Shown piece by piece: positions 17,563 through 27,285 of a stretch of 64,000 nt of DNA. The stretch is taken from positions 80,789 through 144,788 of the forward strand of contig JAVEXP010000002.1 in assembly GCA_034003985.1 (NCBI GenBank), read 5' to 3'. Made by a program: the position numbers and the translations under genes. Positions within the stretch are counted from its first letter, which is position 1; every line of letters begins with the position of its first letter. The notes beneath the pieces were generated by a model. It did no database searches, was not told where the DNA came from, and saw only the letters and a list, made by a program, of their open reading frames with translations. This DNA comes from Patescibacteria group bacterium (lineage in GTDB: Bacteria; Patescibacteriota; Patescibacteriia; Buchananbacterales; UBA6539).

Positions 17563-19263
17563 ATGCTGGAATTCATCAATAAAAATCGGAAAATATTTTT
17601 AGGGCTGATAATACTATTGGCCGTTTTTTTGATATTTTTCAGGCTGGATCGGGCTGATATGCAAACTGATGACGCAATTAATTCCTTTCGGGCGATTGGT
17701 TATCTTGATTTTATGGATGCCAATACTCAGACTACGCCGGTTGATTGGTTTGAAACTATACCTTGGTGGTCAAAACTTTCATTTCATGACGCCCCGCCCT
17801 TGGTTTTTATTTTGCAGTTTTTAACTTTTAAATTGTTTGGTATTTCTACTTTCGCCGCTCGCTTGCCTTTTGCTTTAGCCGGCTTAGGTTCAGTTATTCT
17901 GTTATACTTCGTTATTAAAAAACTTTATAATGCCAACATCGCCTTATTGGGAAGTTTTATTTTGAGTATTCTGACTTATCATATTTGGGCCAGTCGCGTC
18001 GGCTATTTGGAAGCCGTGGCTTTGTTTTTTATTCTTTTGACCATCTATTTGTTTTTGTTGGCTCTAAATAATCCTAAATATTTTATTTTATTTGGTGTTT
18101 CGTTGGGCTTTACCATTCTTACCAAATATACGACTTTTTTCATTATCCCAGTATTTTTTATTTATTTATTTGTTGTTAACAAAAGATTATTGATCAATAA
18201 ATATTTTATCGCGGCCATTTTGCTTGCTGCTCTAATGTTTTCGCCGGTGATTTTTTATAATTTCAAGGTTTTCCAAGCTCGTGGCCATTTTGATTTGCAA
18301 TTTTCTCGCTTACTCCGTCAGGATATTTCCCAAGACTGGCCGAAGTTTAATGATGGTCAAACTGACTATGCTGTAAATTTAATTCGTGTTTGGGATCTGC
18401 GGGAAATGGTGTCTTTACCACTTGTTATTTTATTGGTTGTTTGTTTGATTATGATAATCTACGATTCGGTGCTGTCTTGGCGAAACAAAAAAAATTTTTT
18501 ATTGCTGCTGCTGCTGTTGTTTTTTACTTTGGAATTTTCAATCATTGGAACAGCGGTTCGATTTCTTTCAGTTATTGCTCCGTGGGTGGCAATGATCCTG
18601 GCTTTGGGAATAATATCGGGGTATGACTTATTTATCAAAGGGACTAATTACCAGAATCTCAAAACTTCGGGGTTGATTTTGATTTTAATTTTGATTTTTG
18701 GTTTTGAACTATTTTTTAACATCAACACTAATCTGGTGATTAAACCGTTTGGTGAGAGGGGTAAATACTATTCCGTTAACCGCCTGGCCAACGGCGGGTT
18801 TAACCAATTGGCCGAATATCTTGAAGCCAACACTGACATTGCCAGTTATTCTAAAACCGTCATTAACAGCCGGCGCGATCTGGTGTATTCCGTTTCTTCG
18901 CTGAATGGTAAAGATGTTTATATTTTTGACCCTAATCTGAATTGGTTTTCGGCCAAGTGGTATTTTAGCCGTTGGACTGTTTATCACCATATTCTTTTTA
19001 CTTCGGCGACTGACCTGGTTGCTTCTGGCGTTATTAATGAAGATAATTGGTTTAGTTTTTTTGGCAAGCTTGGCGTTAGAAATTTATATTATCTGAAAGG
19101 TGAAAACGATTTATTGTTTACCAATCACGATTTAGCCAGTCCCGACCAAGTGTCGTCTGCAAATTTGGCAATTTTATTCAGTCGTGCCGGAGCTGATACT
19201 GTGTCGATTACCAATTTGGCGGGGGACCAAGCCTTTGAAGTTTATAAATTAAAATTAAATTAA
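17563..19263 (+). CDS. GT-C fold membrane glycosyltransferase, PMT/ArnT-like (GT39/GT83-type, PMT_2-like)
   Basis: 566 aa, ~11 TM N-terminal region with loop-1 acidic motif (MQTDDAINSFRAIGYLDF) and conserved FHDAPPLVFILQ...LTKYTTFF, C-terminal soluble domain; paralogue of 19973..21622. Confidence 0.7.
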   Translation: MLEFINKNRKIFLGLIILLAVFLIFFRLDRADMQTDDAINSFRAIGYLDFMDANTQTTPVDWFETIPWWSKLSFHDAPPLVFILQFLTFKLFGISTFAARLPFALAGLGSVILLYFVIKKLYNANIALLGSFILSILTYHIWASRVGYLEAVALFFILLTIYLFLLALNNPKYFILFGVSLGFTILTKYTTFFIIPVFFIYLFVVNKRLLINKYFIAAILLAALMFSPVIFYNFKVFQARGHFDLQFSRLLRQDISQDWPKFNDGQTDYAVNLIRVWDLREMVSLPLVILLVVCLIMIIYDSVLSWRNKKNFLLLLLLLFFTLEFSIIGTAVRFLSVIAPWVAMILALGIISGYDLFIKGTNYQNLKTSGLILILILIFGFELFFNINTNLVIKPFGERGKYYSVNRLANGGFNQLAEYLEANTDIASYSKTVINSRRDLVYSVSSLNGKDVYIFDPNLNWFSAKWYFSRWTVYHHILFTSATDLVASGVINEDNWFSFFGKLGVRNLYYLKGENDLLFTNHDLASPDQVSSANLAILFSRAGADTVSITNLAGDQAFEVYKLKLN

Positions 19264-19267
19264 AACT

Positions 19268-19966
19268 ATGAGTAAGAAAAAAATTAATCTTATTATTTCA
19301 ATCGTTGTCTTGCTGTTGGTATTGATTGGTATTGGTTGGTATTTTTCCGCCGACCTGGTTAAGCTGTTGCCACAACAACAGGAGCCGGTTGTTTTATCCG
19401 AATTCAAAGTGGTTCGGACCGACTTGAGCGAAGATCAGATTTCGCAATATCGTCAGGAATTTGATCGTCTGCTTGGTTTACTTGATGAGTCACCGGACGA
19501 TTTTTATGTTTTGTTGCAGCTTGGGCGCGTCAAAAAAGATGTTGGGGACTATCATGGCGCCGAGGCGATTTGGATTAGGGTGGGTGAAATCAGCCCTCAA
19601 AACAGCGTTTCTTTCGGCAACTTGGCCGATTTGTATACTAATTTTATGTTTGATAAAGATAAAGCTCTCGCTGCTTATCGGACCGCTGTTGCCAATTCAG
19701 CTAATGAGCCGATTAACTTGCCGTTTTATCGGAATTTTTATGATTTTTATCGCTACAGCTTGAATGATATGGAAGGTGCCAAGCAAGTTTTATTGGAGGC
19801 GATTGCTAATAACCCTTTGAGCAGCGAACTCCATGTTTTGCTTGCCCAGTTTTATTTAGACAATGATCAGCAAGAGCAGGCTTTGCGAAGTTTTCAGGAG
19901 GCCTTAAAGATTGATCCGGATGATGAACTAATCAAAGCCGAAATCGAAAAGTTGAATAAGCGTTAA
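19268..19966 (+). CDS. TPR-repeat protein with N-terminal TM anchor
   Basis: 232 aa; TM (LIISIVVLLLVLIGIGWYF); TPR-like helical repeats (LGRVKKDVGDYHGAEAIW..., ALRSFQEALKIDPDD). Confidence 0.6.
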   Translation: MSKKKINLIISIVVLLLVLIGIGWYFSADLVKLLPQQQEPVVLSEFKVVRTDLSEDQISQYRQEFDRLLGLLDESPDDFYVLLQLGRVKKDVGDYHGAEAIWIRVGEISPQNSVSFGNLADLYTNFMFDKDKALAAYRTAVANSANEPINLPFYRNFYDFYRYSLNDMEGAKQVLLEAIANNPLSSELHVLLAQFYLDNDQQEQALRSFQEALKIDPDDELIKAEIEKLNKR

Positions 19967-19972
19967 TTTTTA

Positions 19973-21622
19973 ATGAAAAAATTTTCTCGCCAATTATTTT
20001 TGCTTTTGGCAATTTTGACTTTGGCCGCCTCGCTTAGGTTTTGGGGTATTACCAAAGCCGATGTTATTACCGATGAAGCCTTAATCGGCTTTCGCAGTAT
20101 TGGCTATCTTGATTTTTTCGTTTCACCTTACCAAACCACTCCCTATGAGTGGTTTTTGGTTGTTCCGGCTTGGGCTAAGCTTTCTTTCCATGATCATCCT
20201 CCCTTGACTTTTATTTTGCAGCATTTGTCTTTCACTGTTTTTGGCCAAAATGTTTTTGCCTTGAGATTGCCGTTTGTTTTGGCCGGAATCGTCAGCGTCT
20301 ATCTTTTGTATTTGGTATCGTGGCAATTGTTTAAGCGCTTTGATTTAGCCTTGGTGGGAGCATTACTTGTCGCCGTTTCTTGTTGTCAGGTTTGGATCAG
20401 TCGGATTGGCTTGCAGGAATCTTTGGTAATTTTATTTTCATTGCTGTCAGTTTGGTTATTCTTAAGATCGCTGGAAGATAATCGTCATTGGCTTTGGGGG
20501 CTTAGTTTGGGTTTGGCGGCATTGATTAAATATACGGCTTTTATTTTATTACCAGTATTTTTTATTTATTTTTTGATTTATCGCCGCTCAGTTTTTCGCC
20601 AGTCTAAATTTTGGTTGACTTTGTTACTAATGCTGGTAATTTTTAGCCCGGTATTGATTTATAACTTCAAGATGTTTCAGGAACGCGGGCACTTTGATTT
20701 GCAGTTTTCTTATTTGTTCAATCAGCCAGTCGAAGAATGGCAGTTTTTGCCTGGCAAAATTCAGGCTGGCAGTCTGGCTGATCGGTTTGGCCATTTAGTC
20801 CCGGCCTTGTTCAGTAATTTGATGTGGCCGTTGTTTATTGTTTGGGCAATGAGTTTAATTTATTTTATTATTCGCGCTCGGCACAATCCTAATGTAATAT
20901 TTTTGTTTTTAATTATAATTTTTGAGCTGCTGTCTTTTCTGATTATCGGTCCCAGCAAGCGTTTTGTGGCGGTAGTCGTGCCTTATATTATTATTTTTGT
21001 CGCCTGGTTTATTTGTCAACAGCCCCGGCTGTTGAAGCGGTCTTTATTGGCCATTCTGGTTAGTTTGGAGCTGATTTTCACTATCAATACCTTGATTTTG
21101 CCTTATCCTGTTGGCGCCGAAAATATTACTTATTCCAACTTAAAAATTGAAAGTTACCAGTGGGGTTACAAACAACTTGATGATTATCTTGATAGCTTAT
21201 TGGCTGATAAGTATCCGGCCGTCAGTTTTGTTCCTCGTTACCAATTTTTGGAAGATATAAAAAATCAGGCGATTGAGTTGGCTGAAAATCAAGGCAAGGA
21301 GTCTTCTCAAACTTTGGTTATTTATGATGCCGATATGTTTGATTTGGCGACTTTATGGCTGTTTCATCGCCGGATGATTTATCAAGGCTGGCCGATTATT
21401 ACGGCCCAAGATTATTTATCTCAATCCAAAGAATTTTGGCAAGAGCAGGGGATTAATGATTTTTATTTTTTCCAACTAATTGATTCGCAGATGCTTCAAC
21501 AGCCAGAAATTGATCGCACTTCTTATTCTCAGGAGCTGGTCGGCCAAATCAGGGACTATTTAACCCGGAAAATAAAACGGCCTGACGGCCGTGAGGTGGT
21601 AGCGGTATATCATTGGCAATAA
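19973..21622 (+). CDS. GT-C fold membrane glycosyltransferase, PMT/ArnT-like (second paralogue)
   Basis: 549 aa; loop-1 DE motif (VITDEALIGFRSIGYLDF), FHDHPPLTFILQ, LIKYTAFILLPVFFIYF; same architecture as 17563..19263. Confidence 0.7.
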   Translation: MKKFSRQLFLLLAILTLAASLRFWGITKADVITDEALIGFRSIGYLDFFVSPYQTTPYEWFLVVPAWAKLSFHDHPPLTFILQHLSFTVFGQNVFALRLPFVLAGIVSVYLLYLVSWQLFKRFDLALVGALLVAVSCCQVWISRIGLQESLVILFSLLSVWLFLRSLEDNRHWLWGLSLGLAALIKYTAFILLPVFFIYFLIYRRSVFRQSKFWLTLLLMLVIFSPVLIYNFKMFQERGHFDLQFSYLFNQPVEEWQFLPGKIQAGSLADRFGHLVPALFSNLMWPLFIVWAMSLIYFIIRARHNPNVIFLFLIIIFELLSFLIIGPSKRFVAVVVPYIIIFVAWFICQQPRLLKRSLLAILVSLELIFTINTLILPYPVGAENITYSNLKIESYQWGYKQLDDYLDSLLADKYPAVSFVPRYQFLEDIKNQAIELAENQGKESSQTLVIYDADMFDLATLWLFHRRMIYQGWPIITAQDYLSQSKEFWQEQGINDFYFFQLIDSQMLQQPEIDRTSYSQELVGQIRDYLTRKIKRPDGREVVAVYHWQ

Positions 21623-22747
21623 TTACTGCCGGTAGAGTTTTTCGGTTTGGGCAATCATTTTATCAAGACTGAAATCAGTGTCAACATCCTGTTTGGCTTG
21701 CTTGCCTAAGGCCAGGGCCAAATTTTTATTGGTAAGCAAATTAGCAATAGCTATTGCTAAAGCTTCAGGGTCGGCTGGTTTAACCAGCAGGCCGTTTTTT
21801 TTATTTTGAATCATTTCCGGCACGCCGCCAACATTAGTAGTCACGATTGGTAATTTAGCTTTCATTGCTTCTAAAATGGCAAAAGGCAGCCCTTCTTTGA
21901 CCGACGAGCTGACATAGAGGTCAAAGGCTTTAAGATATTGAGAAGCCTTATCGACAACTCCCAAAAGTTTAAAATTATTTTCCAAATTGGCATCGACGAT
22001 TTCTTTTTGCAGCAGCGATTTAAGTTGGCCGTCGCCGATGATGACAAAAATTAAATTAGGATAATCTTTAATTATCGTTTTGGCCGCTTGAATCAAATAT
22101 AATAGTCCTTTGGTGGCATAAAAATTGGCCACTGTCCCGATTATTATCTCGTCTTGTGGCAAATCTAATTTTTTTCTGGCGGTTTCTTGTTCTAATAGAG
22201 GAAAGTCATTGATGCCGTTATGAATGACAATTAATTTTTCTTCGCTGCAAATTTTATTGGTAATTGCGGTTTGGTAATCGAATTGGGAAACACAGATTAG
22301 TTTATTTTTGTATTTGGCCGTAAATTTTTCGGCCCAAAGATATATTAATTTTTTCCAATCAGCCATTGGTTCGTTAAAGACAAAACCATGAACAGTATAG
22401 AATATTTTTTTTACCCCAGCATGCTTGGCCGCCAAGGCACCCAGAACTCCGGCCTTGCTGCTGTTTAAGTGGACGATATCTGGTTTTAACTCTTTAATTA
22501 GCTTTTTTATTTTCCAGTAGGCTCTGAAATCATTAAGTGGACTGATTTCCCTGACCAGATACTGTAATGGTCTGGTTTCAATGTTTTGTTGCTTTAACTT
22601 AGTTAGTAATCCGTCTTTGCCGCCACTGGCAACAATTGTTTTATAACCTTGTCCTGTCAGGCCGGTTGCTAAATAAAAAATATAGCGCTGGGCGCCACCG
22701 AATTCTGATTGGGTAATTAGGTATAAAATTTTGCTTGGTTGAGCCAT
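21623..22747 (-). CDS. Glycosyltransferase family 4 (GT-B, retaining)
   Basis: 374 aa; C-terminal Glycos_transf_1 motif SSSVKEGLPFAILEAMKAKLPIVTTNVGGVPEMI (E-x7-E). Confidence 0.8.
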   Translation of the reverse strand: MAQPSKILYLITQSEFGGAQRYIFYLATGLTGQGYKTIVASGGKDGLLTKLKQQNIETRPLQYLVREISPLNDFRAYWKIKKLIKELKPDIVHLNSSKAGVLGALAAKHAGVKKIFYTVHGFVFNEPMADWKKLIYLWAEKFTAKYKNKLICVSQFDYQTAITNKICSEEKLIVIHNGINDFPLLEQETARKKLDLPQDEIIIGTVANFYATKGLLYLIQAAKTIIKDYPNLIFVIIGDGQLKSLLQKEIVDANLENNFKLLGVVDKASQYLKAFDLYVSSSVKEGLPFAILEAMKAKLPIVTTNVGGVPEMIQNKKNGLLVKPADPEALAIAIANLLTNKNLALALGKQAKQDVDTDFSLDKMIAQTEKLYRQ

Positions 22748-22853
22748 AAATTGGTGGATAAATTGTGGTTTATTTGGCTTGACTGAAAGCCGAATTTATA
22801 TAATAATAATAAAGTATTCTTTGTTAATAATCAAGGTTCAATTTAGCTAAACT

Positions 22854-23807
22854 ATGAAGATTTTAGTGACCGGCGGCGCCGGTTTTATTGGCGCTCATGT
22901 CGCCGGTAAATTAATCGCTCGGGGAGACGAAGTTGTCATTATCGACAACTTTAATTCATACTACGAGCCTCAGCTAAAACGCGGGCGACTGGATAATTTA
23001 GTCGGCCGTCAGGCCAAAGTCTATGAGATTGATTTAGCCGACGAAACTGGCGTTAGCCAGGTTTTTACTGATCATCGGTTTGACCAGATTTGCCACCTCG
23101 GCGCTCAGGCCGGAGTTCGCTATTCGCTTCAACATCCGCAAGAGTATATTAAATCTAATATTGTTGGTACTCATAATATTTTGGAAAACGCCAGACAGCA
23201 CAATGTAACGCAGATCGTTTTTGCTTCGTCTTCTTCAGTGTACGGTGCCAACACCAAAATTCCCTTTAGTGAGACCGATCCGGTTGACCGGCCAATCTCT
23301 CTTTACGCGGCCACTAAGAAGAGCAACGAATTGGAATTTTATGCCTATCATCATTTGTTTGGTATTGATGTCATTGGTTTGCGTTTCTTTACAGTTTATG
23401 GTCCTTGGGGCCGGCCGGATATGGCCTATTTTTCTTTTGCTCGAAAGATTCTGAAAGGTGAGCCAATTGATGTCTATAATAATGGCCAGATGAAGCGTGA
23501 TTTTACCTATATTGATGATATCGTCGCGGGCGTGCTGGCTGCTTTGGATAACTGTCACGGCTACGATATTTTTAATCTCGGCAATAATCAACCAGTAGCT
23601 TTGGAAGATTTTATTGATTTGTTGGAAACCAATTTGGGCTCAAAATCACAACGAAATTATTTGCCCCTGCAGGATGGTGATGTTGTCGAAACTTATGCCG
23701 ATATTACCAAGGCCAAGACTAAATTGAATTGGCAACCAACCACCGATATCGCCGAAGGTATTTCTCGATTTGTTGAGTGGTATAAAAATTATTATCAAAT
23801 ATCTTAA
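22854..23807 (+). CDS. NAD-dependent UDP-uronate 4-epimerase (Cap1J/TviC-like extended SDR)
   Basis: MKILVTGGAGFIGAHV Rossmann motif; YAATKKSNELEFYAYHHLFGIDVIGLRFFTVYGPWGRPDMAYFSF closely matches the UDP-glucuronate 4-epimerase consensus (YxxxK catalytic pair). Confidence 0.7.
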   Translation: MKILVTGGAGFIGAHVAGKLIARGDEVVIIDNFNSYYEPQLKRGRLDNLVGRQAKVYEIDLADETGVSQVFTDHRFDQICHLGAQAGVRYSLQHPQEYIKSNIVGTHNILENARQHNVTQIVFASSSSVYGANTKIPFSETDPVDRPISLYAATKKSNELEFYAYHHLFGIDVIGLRFFTVYGPWGRPDMAYFSFARKILKGEPIDVYNNGQMKRDFTYIDDIVAGVLAALDNCHGYDIFNLGNNQPVALEDFIDLLETNLGSKSQRNYLPLQDGDVVETYADITKAKTKLNWQPTTDIAEGISRFVEWYKNYYQIS

Positions 23808-23810
23808 ATT

Positions 23811-25064
23811 ATGAAAGAAAAAATTTGTGTGGTTGGACTAGGTTATGTTGGTTTGCCCTTGGCTTGTTTGCTGTCAAAACATTTTTCCGTCAGCGGATTT
23901 GATATCAGCGAGCGTAAAATAAAAGATTTGCAAAATGGCATTGATGAAACGGGGGAGATTGATAATTTAAAAAAATATCAGCTTGAGTATTCGGCCAACC
24001 CATCAATTATTAGCCAAGCCAATTTTATTATTGTTGCCGTGCCAACGCCGATTACCGAAGATCTGAAGCCGGATCTAACGCCGCTGGAAAGCGCTTCGGA
24101 AATTGTTGGTAAGAATTTGCAAGCCGGCTCAGTTGTCGTTTATGAAAGCACGGTTTATCCCGGTTGTACCCGGGAAGTCTGCTTGCCAATTTTGGAACAA
24201 CGATCCGGGCTGAAATTTGGTACGGATTTTCAGCTTGGTTATTCGCCCGAACGGGTTAATCCCGGCGACCGGGTTCATACTATTGAAACCATCACTAAAA
24301 TAATTTCGGCCAGCGATCCCCAGACTTTGGCCAGGCTTAAGGCGGTTTATGGCCAAATTACTCAGGTGCATGAAGCTCAGACTATTGAAGTGGCCGAGGC
24401 CGCCAAGGTGATTGAAAATGTTCAGCGTAGCCTTAATATCGCCTTAATGAATGAACTCTCGTTGATTTTTGACAAGCTGGGCATCAATACCAAAGATGTG
24501 ATTGAGGCCGCTGCCACCAAATGGAATTTTCATAAATATTCACCGGGCTTGGTTGGCGGGCATTGTATCGGCGTTGACCCTTATTATTTGACCTACAAAG
24601 CTCAGCAGGAAGGTTATGAGCCAAAGATTATTTTATCCGGCCAGGAAGTAAATGAATCAATGGCCGGTCTGGTCGCTCAAAAATTTGCCGGCAAAATCAA
24701 TGTCTTGGTGTTGGGCATTACTTTCAAGGAGAATGTGCCGGATTCGCGCAATACCAAGGCACTTAATGTGATGTCGCGGTTGGCCGAGCAGGGAAGTAAA
24801 ATTTATTGGCATGATCCAGTTTTTACCGCCAAGCATCAGCCGCAGGCTTTTTCCGCCTATCCTTATTTGCCGTCCTTAGCCGGATCACCAGTCAAGTTTG
24901 ATGGTATTTTACTTTTCAGTCCCCATCAAATTTTTGGCAGTGCCGATTATGACCTGGCTAAATTGAAAGAAATTTGTAATGACCAGGCGTTAATTTTTGA
25001 TGTGAAGGGATTTTACAATCAGACCGAAGTAGAAAATTTAGGATTTAAATATTTAACTTTGTAA
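23811..25064 (+). CDS. UDP-sugar 6-dehydrogenase (Ugd/TviB/WbpA family nucleotide-sugar dehydrogenase)
   Basis: N-terminal VVGLGYVGLP NAD fold; catalytic Cys motif GGHCIGVDPYYL (TviB/WbpA-type); 417 aa. Confidence 0.8.
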   Translation: MKEKICVVGLGYVGLPLACLLSKHFSVSGFDISERKIKDLQNGIDETGEIDNLKKYQLEYSANPSIISQANFIIVAVPTPITEDLKPDLTPLESASEIVGKNLQAGSVVVYESTVYPGCTREVCLPILEQRSGLKFGTDFQLGYSPERVNPGDRVHTIETITKIISASDPQTLARLKAVYGQITQVHEAQTIEVAEAAKVIENVQRSLNIALMNELSLIFDKLGINTKDVIEAAATKWNFHKYSPGLVGGHCIGVDPYYLTYKAQQEGYEPKIILSGQEVNESMAGLVAQKFAGKINVLVLGITFKENVPDSRNTKALNVMSRLAEQGSKIYWHDPVFTAKHQPQAFSAYPYLPSLAGSPVKFDGILLFSPHQIFGSADYDLAKLKEICNDQALIFDVKGFYNQTEVENLGFKYLTL

Positions 25065-26182
25065 TGAAAGTCTTAATTGTTTCATTGGCATATTTGCCTT
25101 TTATTGGCGGCGCTGAGTTGGCCGTCAAAGAAATTACCGATCGTTTGCCCGAAATCGACTTTGATATGATTACGGTAAACTTGGATGGGCAACAACCAAA
25201 AAATCAGCAGGTTGGCAATGTTAATATTCACCGGTTGGGCCGAGGAAAGATTTCCAAGTATTTATTTCCCTGGACTGGTTTTAAATTGGCGACCAAACTG
25301 CACCAAGAAAAAAAGTATGATGCTGTTTGGGCGATTATGGCCAATCAGGCTGGATTGGTGGCTTTGCGGTTAAAAAACAAATTTCCCCAAATCAAATATT
25401 TGTTGACTTTGCAAGAAGGGGACTCATTAAAGCGGATCTGGAGCCGGACTTTTTTAATCCGTCCGCTTTACCGTCGAATTTATCGCCGCGCTGACTACAT
25501 CCAATCAATTAGCAGCTATCTATCCAATCGGGCTGTTCAGTACGGTTATCGCGGTAAATCAAGTATCGTGCCTAACGGCGTTGATTTGGAAAAATTTAAG
25601 ACCGATATTGATTCAGCCCAGCTTGATGAATTGAGAACTAAATTGAATCTTACTTCAGCCGATAAAATCGTGGTTACTGCTTCACGCTTGGTTCACAAGA
25701 ATGGTATTGATATTTTGATCAAATCCGCCCGTAATCTGCCACTCAAAATTTTAATTTTAGGCCAAGGTGAGTTGCAGCTTAAACTGGAGGCGTTGGCCCA
25801 GGAATTGGGTGTTAAAAATAAAATTTTATTTTTGGGCCACATCGGTCAGCCTGATTTGCCAAAATATTTGAAAATTGCCGATGTTTTTGTCCGGCCGTCG
25901 CGGTCCGAGGGTTTGGGTTCGGCTTTTCTGGAAGCCATGGCTGCTGGCCTGCCGGTGATTGGCACTAAAGTTGGTGGCATCCCTGATATTATCACCGAAG
26001 GCCAAACCGGTTTATTCTGCGAAGTCGACAATCCCAAAGATTTGGAAAATAAGATCAAATTATTACTGACGGATAATGATTTGCGTTTGCGCTTAATTGA
26101 CAACGGCAAGAAATTGGCAGTCAATAAATATGATTGGCAATTGGTTACCAGTCAAATGAGAGACATTTTTAATTCTTTATGA
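25064..26182 (+). CDS. Glycosyltransferase family 4
   Basis: RSEGLGSAFLEAMAAGLPVIGTKVGGIPDII motif; start overlaps the previous stop (translational coupling). Confidence 0.8.
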   Translation: MKVLIVSLAYLPFIGGAELAVKEITDRLPEIDFDMITVNLDGQQPKNQQVGNVNIHRLGRGKISKYLFPWTGFKLATKLHQEKKYDAVWAIMANQAGLVALRLKNKFPQIKYLLTLQEGDSLKRIWSRTFLIRPLYRRIYRRADYIQSISSYLSNRAVQYGYRGKSSIVPNGVDLEKFKTDIDSAQLDELRTKLNLTSADKIVVTASRLVHKNGIDILIKSARNLPLKILILGQGELQLKLEALAQELGVKNKILFLGHIGQPDLPKYLKIADVFVRPSRSEGLGSAFLEAMAAGLPVIGTKVGGIPDIITEGQTGLFCEVDNPKDLENKIKLLLTDNDLRLRLIDNGKKLAVNKYDWQLVTSQMRDIFNSL

Positions 26183-27285
26183 AATTAGTTATTGCCGCTG
26201 AAATTTTTCCGCCTGATATCGGCGGTCCGGCTACTTACAGCCAGCGTTTAGCCCAAGCCTTGATTGCTCGTGGCTGGCAGGTTGAATTAATTTGTTATAG
26301 TGATGCCAGACATCAAAACGATGAACCTTATATTCATCGCATAATTAGGAGCAAATTTAAGCCGCTTCATTATTTTAATTATTACCGTCAGCTTAAAACC
26401 CTGGCCAAAGCGGCTGATGTGATTTATGCCATGGGTCCGGTTGGCTCCGGCCAGCCAGCTGGCAAAGTTGCCAAAGAATTAAAAAAGAAATTAGTGATCA
26501 AGGTGGTGGGTGATTATGCCTGGGAAAGCGCCAGAAATTCCGGACAAACCAAGCTTTCAATTGACGATTTCCAAACCAAGGAATTTGCCGGCAAGATCGG
26601 ACTGCTACAAAAAACTGAACGCTTAGTTTGCCAAGCCGCGGATAAGGTGATTACTCCCAGTCAATATTTAAAACATATCGTCAAGGCCTGGGGGGTTGCC
26701 GAAAATAAAATCGAAGTCGTTTATAATTCTTTTGAGATTAATACCGCTGCTTCATCATCAATTGATACTAAAAATTTAATCTCAGCTGGGCGCTTGGTTC
26801 CTTGGAAAGGTTTTGAAACTTTGATTAAGCTGATGCCAGAATTGGATCCAGCTTTTAAATTGACGATTTTTGGACAAGGTCCAGATTATGATAATTTATT
26901 TTCGTTGGTCAATAAATTAAGTTTGGCTGATCGGGTAGAACTGGTCGGTCAAGTTACCAGTCAAGAATTGGTGTCCGAAATGTCAAAAGGAATTTTTATT
27001 TTAAATACTGGTTATGAAGGTTTATCTCATACCGTCTTGGAAGCGATGGCCGCATCCTCGCCAGTGATCACCACCAGAATTGGCGGTAATCCTGAATTAA
27101 TTACCGATGGAGTCAATGGTTTGTTGGTTGAATATAATAACCAAGAGCAATTAAGAGAGGCAATTATTAAACTTGATACTAATCCGGAGTTGGTTAAGCA
27201 GTTTGTGGCTGAGTCAAAAAATATTCTGGAAAAATTTAGCGAACAAAAAATGATTGAAGAGACTATTAGAGTTTTGCAATCATGA
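26179..27285 (+). CDS. Glycosyltransferase family 4
   Basis: GYEGLSHTVLEAMAASSPVITTRIGGNPELI; ATGA overlap with the upstream gene. Confidence 0.8.
   Translation: MKLVIAAEIFPPDIGGPATYSQRLAQALIARGWQVELICYSDARHQNDEPYIHRIIRSKFKPLHYFNYYRQLKTLAKAADVIYAMGPVGSGQPAGKVAKELKKKLVIKVVGDYAWESARNSGQTKLSIDDFQTKEFAGKIGLLQKTERLVCQAADKVITPSQYLKHIVKAWGVAENKIEVVYNSFEINTAASSSIDTKNLISAGRLVPWKGFETLIKLMPELDPAFKLTIFGQGPDYDNLFSLVNKLSLADRVELVGQVTSQELVSEMSKGIFILNTGYEGLSHTVLEAMAASSPVITTRIGGNPELITDGVNGLLVEYNNQEQLREAIIKLDTNPELVKQFVAESKNILEKFSEQKMIEETIRVLQS

Noticed and set aside
18481-18530. Short ctgctgctgctgttg tract
   Set aside because: Encodes a poly-Leu stretch of a TM helix in the GT-C protein; not a simple-sequence contingency locus of meaningful length
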